Positions 58,110 through 64,000 of a DNA stretch of 64,000 bases are shown here, piece after piece. Under the pieces are notes generated by a model. It saw only the letters and a list, made by a program, of their open reading frames with translations, had not been told where the DNA came from and made no database searches. The position numbers and the translations under genes are program-made. Position 1 is the stretch's first letter, and each line of letters opens with the position of its first letter. This DNA is from a virus (lineage: Duplodnaviria > Caudoviricetes), in IMG/VR virus record IMGVR_UViG_3300020578_005808, positions 20,698-84,697 of that record. One strand, given 5' to 3'.

Positions 58110-58823
58110 TCAAGAAACTAACTCTTCCTTACTCACTCCTGAATTTAGCTGACCAATTAAAAAGGCTCCCTTCTCAACAGCGCTAACTAAAAATGAATCT
58201 TCAGAATCTTCTATTTGATTTAATTTTTCTAAACGCTGCTCGAAAGAACCGTCTCCAAAAAGACAAGATTCAGATCCTTCTTCTCCAGAATGCAAAAGAT
58301 GAAGAACATACCATAAATTCAAAAGATCAGAAGCTCTCTTTTCAGCTGTATTATCAAATAAAGAATTTTGAATACTTTCATATTCGTAAATTTTTTGCCT
58401 TAATACCTTATATTCATCATTTATATTAGTAATCTTAAGTTCCTTTTCAGCGTCAGACAGGGCTGTATCTTGCTTAATTTTTTCTGCCTCAACTTCTAAA
58501 AGGATAGCTCTTGAATAATTATCAGAATATTCCTTCTTCTCATCTTCAGATGCGGAAATCCCTTCCTTCTGAAACTTCTTAAGAAGAAAAGCCTTAGTTA
58601 TAAGACCTAATTTAATTCCTTCTGATACTTTTACAGAATAAAAAATTGATGAATCATCTTGTATTTTTCTTGTCGGCTTAAGAATAGCAAATCTTTGAGG
58701 AACATTCTTTTCTATCTCACGGGTAACTTGTATTTCATTACCAGCATCATCTTTTTCTGTTGTTGTTTCTTTTACCTTTTGAGCTTTATCAAGAGAAAAG
58801 GTATGTAGCCATTTTTCTTTCAT
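58110..58823 (-). CDS. Putative tail assembly chaperone
   Basis: Between the tube gene and the TMP; coiled-coil and acidic. Confidence 0.45.
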   Translation of the reverse strand: MKEKWLHTFSLDKAQKVKETTTEKDDAGNEIQVTREIEKNVPQRFAILKPTRKIQDDSSIFYSVKVSEGIKLGLITKAFLLKKFQKEGISASEDEKKEYSDNYSRAILLEVEAEKIKQDTALSDAEKELKITNINDEYKVLRQKIYEYESIQNSLFDNTAEKRASDLLNLWYVLHLLHSGEEGSESCLFGDGSFEQRLEKLNQIEDSEDSFLVSAVEKGAFLIGQLNSGVSKEELVS

Positions 58824-58824
58824 A

Positions 58825-59106
58825 TTATTTTAAAGTAATGTTTATAGACTTAAAAGTAGTATCTATGTTTCTGATCGCGTCATTTCCAGCGTCAAGAATC
58901 TTCTTTCTTATGTAATTATATTTATTAGCATCAAAATAATCAATATTTTTTACAAATTCCCCTGAGGTTTTTTCTTTAACTTTTTCTAATAAAGCTAAAT
59001 GATCTTTGTGTAAATCTTCTACCATTTCAAAATATTTTTTATATAATGAAATAATACCCCGATCCATTTGAAATTTTAAATACTCTTTTAATTTTAAGTC
59101 ATCCAT
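58825..59106 (-). CDS. Hypothetical protein
   Basis: Helical ORF (RKKILDAGND). Likely start is the ATG at 59106, with TATAAT about 10 nt upstream (track gives 59127). Confidence 0.6.
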   Translation of the reverse strand: MDDLKLKEYLKFQMDRGIISLYKKYFEMVEDLHKDHLALLEKVKEKTSGEFVKNIDYFDANKYNYIRKKILDAGNDAIRNIDTTFKSINITLK

Positions 59107-59147
59107 AAGCCTACATATTATAAACAATAATATTAAAAATATAAAAT

Positions 59148-59179
59148 AAAAAACCCCCCGCCTTTCAGCGGAGGGTTTT
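59148..59179 (-). terminator. Rho-independent terminator after the major tail gene
   Basis: Minus strand CCCTCCGCT-GAAA-GGCGGGGGG followed by TTTTTT. Confidence 0.88.
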
Positions 59180-59193
59180 ATTTAACTAATCAC

Positions 59194-60339
59194 TTAAGCG
59201 TGTTTCGTAAAGTGTAGTCCTGAATTTTTACCTATTTGAGCTGAAAATTCTAAGTCTACTGTCTTATTAGGACCGATTGAGGAAGTGATGTTTTGAGAAT
59301 CTAGTTTTGCACCCTTAAGAGTGACGTAAGAAGTCTTAGCTGTACAATTTCCACTAAGATATCCATTTATTGATAGCAAACCAGTGAATTTTGCTGAATC
59401 TCCACAAGCAGTTACGAAGTTGTAAAGCCTTTGAGAAGCAAGTTCTCCAACAATAGCATTTACACTCATGGTGCAATTAATTGGGAATGTAATTTCTCTT
59501 GCGAAAGCAAAAGTTTTACCAAGTTTTCTAATTGGTTCACGATTAATTGTCATTGCAACTGTAACACTTTGTATTTTAAGGTCAGCTTCAGAAAGACCTA
59601 TTACGGGAGCATTATCGGGCTCGGCGGAAGCGCTTGAAGGATCTTTAACTAATGTTAAGGTTATATCTCCGGGTCTAACAGCTGAAACTTCAGAGGCAGC
59701 ATTAAATAATCCGGCTCCTGATGGTAAAGTAACAACTAATCCGGGATCTACGCCATCATTAACGGCAGGATTAGGAACTTGTGAATTACTAATTCCTCCA
59801 GTGAATACTATATTTTGTCCCTCAAGTGCGCAACTTACGGTTGGAATAGCTCCGACAGAAGCTTCTAAAGACCAAGAGGTTAAGAAGCAGTTTCCGATAC
59901 CAATAATGCCATCGTAATTTGCTCCAGCGCCCATTGCTGTAGCTGTTGTATCATTAGCGTCAATGCCGGGATTACTTGTTAAAATATAAACATTCTTTTG
60001 ATCGTAATTTGCTCCGCTAGATATGATGTAATCTAACATGTGATCTGCGGCAGCTGATGTTCCTGTTACAGCGTCAACTCTAAGACCTAAATGGCTTTCG
60101 TTAAAACCAGTAGGTTCGAAATAATAAGACATATCAACTGAGACAGTTGGCTCTTGAATAATCAACCTGTCAATTGCAGCTAGTTCTCCAAATTGGTTAA
60201 TATCTTGGCGTTGGATACTAAAGTTGTAATTGCAGCTTTGAACTCTTCTTAAGCTGTGACTTGCGGCAGTTAACGTGGCCGTTCCTGTGGGTGCAGCAAA
60301 TACTGCATCGCTTTGGTAAATTACTCTATTTCTTGACAT
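59194..60339 (-). CDS. Major tail tube protein
   Basis: RVQSCNYNFSIQRQDINQFG, PTVSVDMSYY, SWSLEASVG...REPIRKLG...REITFP. Has its own terminator and lies upstream of the chaperones and TMP. Confidence 0.8.
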   Translation of the reverse strand: MSRNRVIYQSDAVFAAPTGTATLTAASHSLRRVQSCNYNFSIQRQDINQFGELAAIDRLIIQEPTVSVDMSYYFEPTGFNESHLGLRVDAVTGTSAAADHMLDYIISSGANYDQKNVYILTSNPGIDANDTTATAMGAGANYDGIIGIGNCFLTSWSLEASVGAIPTVSCALEGQNIVFTGGISNSQVPNPAVNDGVDPGLVVTLPSGAGLFNAASEVSAVRPGDITLTLVKDPSSASAEPDNAPVIGLSEADLKIQSVTVAMTINREPIRKLGKTFAFAREITFPINCTMSVNAIVGELASQRLYNFVTACGDSAKFTGLLSINGYLSGNCTAKTSYVTLKGAKLDSQNITSSIGPNKTVDLEFSAQIGKNSGLHFTKHA

Positions 60340-60367
60340 ATATATTCCTTATGTAGTTCTAAGTCTT

Positions 60368-60374
60368 TTTACAC
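60368..60374 (-). promoter_or_regulatory. GTGTAAA candidate late-promoter motif
   Basis: In the intergenic gap 28 nt upstream of the tube-gene ATG, followed by AAGGA. Confidence 0.45.
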
Positions 60375-60410
60375 TCAAAAAGGTGAGATTGGAATTAATT
60401 AAAAAAGTTT

Positions 60411-61259
60411 TTAGTAATCAGAATGGGGATTTCTTACGGCTTCAATATCAAAGTCAACAAAAGCTGAAAAAACATCTGGATTTAGATCTGTGTAGTCATC
60501 GGACATTATTCGTTTTACCTTTGTCGCATTAACATCAGCGATGTAAATAGGTTCCCCTGTAGCAACTCCAGTATAGTTATATTGATAACCTGTATAAGCG
60601 CTCATTGCGTTTAAACGCAAATCATTATTATTTATAGATCTAAAAAAATTATGAGAAGAATCTCTTAAAATTCCACAAGCCGCATCTAACGAAAATTGAG
60701 AATCAGACATTACAATAGTTCTAAAATAAACATTTGTCATATCTACCCCACCAAATGCAAAAGGTTCATTTTTGGAATTAATCATTGTAATAAATACAGC
60801 TGGATACGTTATTTCATTTATGTCAATACCACGGGGGGTTTGTGGGATTCTATTTTTATTTTCAATTTTAGTGTAAAATAAAATTCTATCTTCTGATTTA
60901 TCAGTCAAATAAACATTATAATCTTTAATTGCATAGTCTCCACTTATAGTTCTTCCGGTCTGCTCTGAAGAAAAAATAAGTTGGCCTTCGTAATGATTTA
61001 TTGCTACTAAACCGCTTTGACCGGGAACAATAAATGAGCCATCCAAATATACCCCAGTAAGTTGATTTACTCCAGAAATGGAAGCGTCATTAACGATCTG
61101 CTTGTATGGAGCAGCATATGTACAATATCCTGTATAAATACAAGAAATTGGATAAAATAAAGAACTTACATTTTTATAAGCTTCTCCCCTTTTCGTTATA
61201 GTATGATCTATGTATAACAAAAAGCTACTGGTTAATGTATTTTGATAATTTACTTTCAT
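60411..61259 (-). CDS. Putative tail terminator/completion protein
   Basis: Synteny neck-terminator-tube; YPAVFIT...PFAFGG...SQFSLDAACGILRD. Confidence 0.55.
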   Translation of the reverse strand: MKVNYQNTLTSSFLLYIDHTITKRGEAYKNVSSLFYPISCIYTGYCTYAAPYKQIVNDASISGVNQLTGVYLDGSFIVPGQSGLVAINHYEGQLIFSSEQTGRTISGDYAIKDYNVYLTDKSEDRILFYTKIENKNRIPQTPRGIDINEITYPAVFITMINSKNEPFAFGGVDMTNVYFRTIVMSDSQFSLDAACGILRDSSHNFFRSINNNDLRLNAMSAYTGYQYNYTGVATGEPIYIADVNATKVKRIMSDDYTDLNPDVFSAFVDFDIEAVRNPHSDY

Positions 61260-61909
61260 ATGCCTCTAATTTTATTTATGAACTCTTTCATCATTGCAGA
61301 AACATAAGGAACGGGACGATAAGAACTGAGTTGAGGTCTCTCAACGGAAGGATTTTTTATTGGCCCACTTACTTGAACGCCTCTTCCTGAAACACCTCTT
61401 GGATAATTTGCATATCTATTAAATGCGGAAATACCTTTTTCAATTCCTTTTACCCAATTCCTAGTTGATTCTTCCCTAACTACATCAGCAGAAGTATCAT
61501 CAAAATCATCTAAACTAGCGATAGAAAAAATAACTTTAACATTTTTTGTTTGTCGTCCGGAAGTGAATCTTCCCTTAATGTCTCTAGGGTAATCTTTTTT
61601 GATTGTTATTTCTTTTAAGGCTATTGATTTTTTTAAAACATCATAAGCTCCTTGTATTGGATCTTTTTCTTTAAAAAATCCTATAAAACCAAATAAATCT
61701 CCATACCCGCCGAGAGTGCCTGTTATATTTCCTAATTTTGGATTCGATATTTCTTGAGAAACTTCGTGATTTAAAAAATTATTCAAAAGTTCTTCTTTTT
61801 TCTTTCTAAAATCAGTCTGAACAATCTTTTGAATTTCTTTTTGAGTAGATTGAGCAGCTACAGCTTCTTCAACTAAATCTTGATTAAATTTAAAATTTAC
61901 TACATTCAT
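61256..61909 (-). CDS. Putative neck (HK97 gp10-like) protein
   Basis: Synteny; basic protein with WVKGIEKGISAF and an RDIKGRF motif. Confidence 0.5.
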   Translation of the reverse strand: MNVVNFKFNQDLVEEAVAAQSTQKEIQKIVQTDFRKKKEELLNNFLNHEVSQEISNPKLGNITGTLGGYGDLFGFIGFFKEKDPIQGAYDVLKKSIALKEITIKKDYPRDIKGRFTSGRQTKNVKVIFSIASLDDFDDTSADVVREESTRNWVKGIEKGISAFNRYANYPRGVSGRGVQVSGPIKNPSVERPQLSSYRPVPYVSAMMKEFINKIRGI

Positions 61910-62352
61910 TATCTAGCCCTCTCTAAATAATAAGTGTAGTAGTCTGGACTAATATATCTCCTTAAAGATTCTGAAGTTACGATTTTAAAAAATGCATCGC
62001 TAATAGAAATATTTATAGTAGGACCGTCATTCTCTATAAAATCATAAGCGTCTTGTTTTACCTTAATAGTAACATCACCCTTAGGTATAAAATTTCCTAC
62101 TTCTTTTAAATTATTTTGCTTTTGATCTTTATTAAAATTAACTAATGCTGAAAACACTCCAGTAACAGGAATAAAATTTAAATTTGATAAATCTACTCTT
62201 TCATTATAACCAAATATTTTAGGTTGGTTAATATCAAGAATTTGAATTCTAGCTTCTTTATATATTACAATATCTTGCTTGAATGTATCAAACAAGTCAT
62301 CTAATCCTTTTTTAAAAGATGTTTTTTGCGCGGCTGAAAGTAAAGAAGCCAT
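61909..62352 (-). CDS. Putative head closure/head-tail joining protein
   Basis: 147-aa beta-rich protein first in the neck cluster, ending YYTYYLERAR. Confidence 0.5.
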   Translation of the reverse strand: MASLLSAAQKTSFKKGLDDLFDTFKQDIVIYKEARIQILDINQPKIFGYNERVDLSNLNFIPVTGVFSALVNFNKDQKQNNLKEVGNFIPKGDVTIKVKQDAYDFIENDGPTINISISDAFFKIVTSESLRRYISPDYYTYYLERAR

Positions 62353-62359
62353 GCTATGT

Positions 62360-62366
62360 ATTACAC
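62360..62366 (-). promoter_or_regulatory. GTGTAAT candidate late-promoter motif
   Basis: 7 nt upstream of the ATG at 62352, in an intergenic gap. Confidence 0.45.
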
Positions 62367-62399
62367 TTTTTCTAAATTATAAATAGTAGAATTTATAAA

Positions 62400-63020
62400 T
62401 CAACTTAATACAGATAAAGAACATCCAGAGCTAATTACTTCCCCTAAAGAATTATAAACTCTAAGAGAGTAAACTCCTTGATCACTAGTTTGAATTCCAC
62501 TTAAAACTAAAGGAACAGAATTAGCCCCAGCGATGTCTGCTGAATCCTTCTTCCACTGATAATTTAAAGGTTGACCATTTACACTGCAGGTTATAATGCA
62601 ATTGTCACCAGTCAAAACTGCTATTTCAGAAGGTGGTTGAATATTGATTTGAGGAGGAATTACAGGAAAAGGTTGATCCTGCCATGGTAAAGGAGGTCTA
62701 ATTACAGGTGGAGTAACTTGATTTAAAATTTGGTTGATAGCTGCATTTTCAAAATTGTTTTTACTTTCTTCTCCAATTATATCAAACACCCAATTCAAAA
62801 CATCGCTTTCAGTCAAATCTTCGTAAGGAATGAAATTGCCTGAATTTACAGGTATAGATGTGCAAGAAAAAGTTCTCCCATAAAAAGGCCCACCGCTAAC
62901 GCCATTGTAATAAGTATCACAATCCCAATGAGCTGCAAACACATAATCTTTTTGACCGCTAAACTCTGGGTAGCATTCTAAAACATTAATTTTCCATTTT
63001 AATTGAATATCATCGCTCAT
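62400..63020 (-). CDS. DUF7936-like N-terminal domain fused to an I-set-like immunoglobulin domain
   Basis: WKINVLECYP...HW...FIPYEDLTESDVLNWV...PPLPW, then PQINIQP...GQPLNYQWKK...DQGVYSLRVYNSLGEVIS. Confidence 0.7.
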   Translation of the reverse strand: MSDDIQLKWKINVLECYPEFSGQKDYVFAAHWDCDTYYNGVSGGPFYGRTFSCTSIPVNSGNFIPYEDLTESDVLNWVFDIIGEESKNNFENAAINQILNQVTPPVIRPPLPWQDQPFPVIPPQINIQPPSEIAVLTGDNCIITCSVNGQPLNYQWKKDSADIAGANSVPLVLSGIQTSDQGVYSLRVYNSLGEVISSGCSLSVLS

Positions 63021-63033
63021 AAGGTCTAAATTC

Positions 63034-63040
63034 TTTACAC
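63034..63040 (-). promoter_or_regulatory. GTGTAAA candidate late-promoter motif
   Basis: Directly downstream of the terminator at 63069-63099 and 13 nt before the ATG at 63020. Confidence 0.5.
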
Positions 63041-63068
63041 TATTATAAATAAAAGAAGAAAAAAGACC

Positions 63069-63099
63069 AAAAAAAAAGGCTACGCCATGCAGCGTAGCC
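63069..63099 (-). terminator. Rho-independent terminator
   Basis: Minus strand GGCTACGCT-GCAT-GGCGTAGCC followed by 9 T. Confidence 0.88.
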
Positions 63100-63118
63100 C
63101 CATTTGCAAGGTTAAATA

Positions 63119-63328
63119 TTAAGTTGTTGGACTAAAAGCTTGTGGAGCTTGAAATTTTCCTTGAGAAGAAGGTTGATTATTCTTCATCAATTCCTCTTCT
63201 ATCTTTTTAGCTAAAAGAAAAGAAGCTTCAGCAGCTCTTAATCCTTGAGACTTTACAGCAAGATCAATCAATTGAATTAAAATCTGAGCTTCATTAACAG
63301 TAAAATTAATAGTGATCTTATTATCCAT
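63119..63328 (-). CDS. Small helical hypothetical protein
   Basis: 69 aa (LIDLAVKSQGL), flanked by a near-consensus promoter and a terminator. Confidence 0.7.
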   Translation of the reverse strand: MDNKITINFTVNEAQILIQLIDLAVKSQGLRAAEASFLLAKKIEEELMKNNQPSSQGKFQAPQAFSPTT

Positions 63329-63336
63329 ATTTCTTT

Positions 63337-63365
63337 ATTATAAAATTGTTAACTAAAAAAATCAA
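63337..63365 (-). promoter_or_regulatory. sigma70-like promoter TTGATT-N17-TATAAT
   Basis: -35 at 63365-63360 and -10 at 63342-63337. The ATG at 63328 is 8 nt downstream of the -10. Confidence 0.65.
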
Positions 63366-63367
63366 AA

Positions 63368-63955
63368 TTATTTCAAATCAAAATCCTTACCATGCAAGGC
63401 TGAATATTTTTTTAAAAATCTTAATTTGTTTTCTTCGCATGTTTTTTTTGCGTATTGGTTACTATTAACTAATTTTATAGAATTAGGCTCTGGGTCTTGA
63501 TCCATTGTGATAAAGTCTTGTAAACCATCTGACTTGATATCTTTACAAATATTATAGACGAAATCATAATCCTCCCAACCGTAGCATTTAAAATCTTCAT
63601 CCAATAAATAATTATCGTAAATTTTTTTAGACATAATCCAATTAGAACACCCTTCTGGTTTTTTATTTAATTCTATTTTATGCCCAAGGTACAACATCTC
63701 ATCATTTAGTTTGTTGAAACTAGGAAGACTTTTGATAGCGCAATCAATTCCGGCAAGCATAACTAACCAATCTGGTTTTAAAATACGCGCAGCTTTTATA
63801 CATTTATTTTTTAACTTTGCAATGCTAAAATCATAAGGAAAATTTTCACATAAATCAGAAGCGACAAAATAATTAAAATTACCAACAACTTTATGAAAAA
63901 AAGAAAATCTGTGACTTGATTGAGGAGTCATGAACGAAGAAATTAAAATTTTCAT
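63368..63955 (-). CDS. Putative GT-A (GT2/GT7C-like) glycosyltransferase-related protein
   Basis: LDEDFKCYGWEDYDF matches the (Y/W)G-x-ED-x-D motif of GT-A galactosyltransferase C-terminal domains. The DxD position is degenerate (GIDC). Confidence 0.5.
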   Translation of the reverse strand: MKILISSFMTPQSSHRFSFFHKVVGNFNYFVASDLCENFPYDFSIAKLKNKCIKAARILKPDWLVMLAGIDCAIKSLPSFNKLNDEMLYLGHKIELNKKPEGCSNWIMSKKIYDNYLLDEDFKCYGWEDYDFVYNICKDIKSDGLQDFITMDQDPEPNSIKLVNSNQYAKKTCEENKLRFLKKYSALHGKDFDLK

Positions 63956-64000
63956 AAAATTGAAAGTAAATTATTCTCATAATTTTTCAAACAAAATTTA

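Noticed and set aside
58101-58110. (AT)5 dinucleotide run
   Set aside because: Too short to be meaningful in AT-rich intergenic DNA.
57107-58823. Lambda G/GT-type -1 frameshift joining the two chaperone genes
   Set aside because: The second ORF (GTG at 58099) is in the +1 frame relative to the first, and no XXXYYYZ slippery heptamer is evident at the end of the first gene.
1-64000. Stop-codon reassignment, tRNA genes or structured ncRNA
   Set aside because: Standard-code ORFs tile both blocks almost without gaps and end in TAA, TAG or TGA. The few intergenic gaps are under about 130 nt and are explained by promoters and terminators.

Overview
AT-rich 64 kb segment of a large tailed dsDNA phage, probably an uncultured long-tailed siphovirus-like phage: no tail sheath gene is recognisable in this window, and a Verrucomicrobia-like host is only a weak inference. 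It holds two convergent blocks. (1) The + strand, 1-16225, carries sugar-nucleotide and glycosyltransferase genes (epimerase, GT17-like, gmd, GT4/GT9-like) interleaved with a replication/recombination module: RecA, Vsr-like nuclease, DnaB, primase, RecB-like nuclease, a DNA Pol III alpha split into PHP + DnaQ + catalytic core, a putative PC4/Whirly-type SSB and a putative annealing protein. (2) The - strand, 16226-63955, is a virion morphogenesis block running neck, tail terminator, tail tube, chaperones, a 3411-aa tape measure protein (TMP), distal tail/hub genes and giant fibre-like proteins. The most striking observation is in the TMP. It is punctuated by 12 copies of a G[FY][IV]PN[FY] motif (two partial), and these motifs bracket apparent enzyme cassettes: a SAM methyltransferase, an HhH/DUF7178-like domain, an unknown domain and an ATP-grasp ligase. 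This suggests a motif-delimited polyprotein delivering effectors through the tail. Two candidate promoter classes were also seen: TTGAC elements 33-34 nt upstream of replication-gene start codons (implying leaderless mRNAs), and a GTGTAA(T/A) motif upstream of several structural genes. All family assignments come from motifs read by eye; no searches were run.
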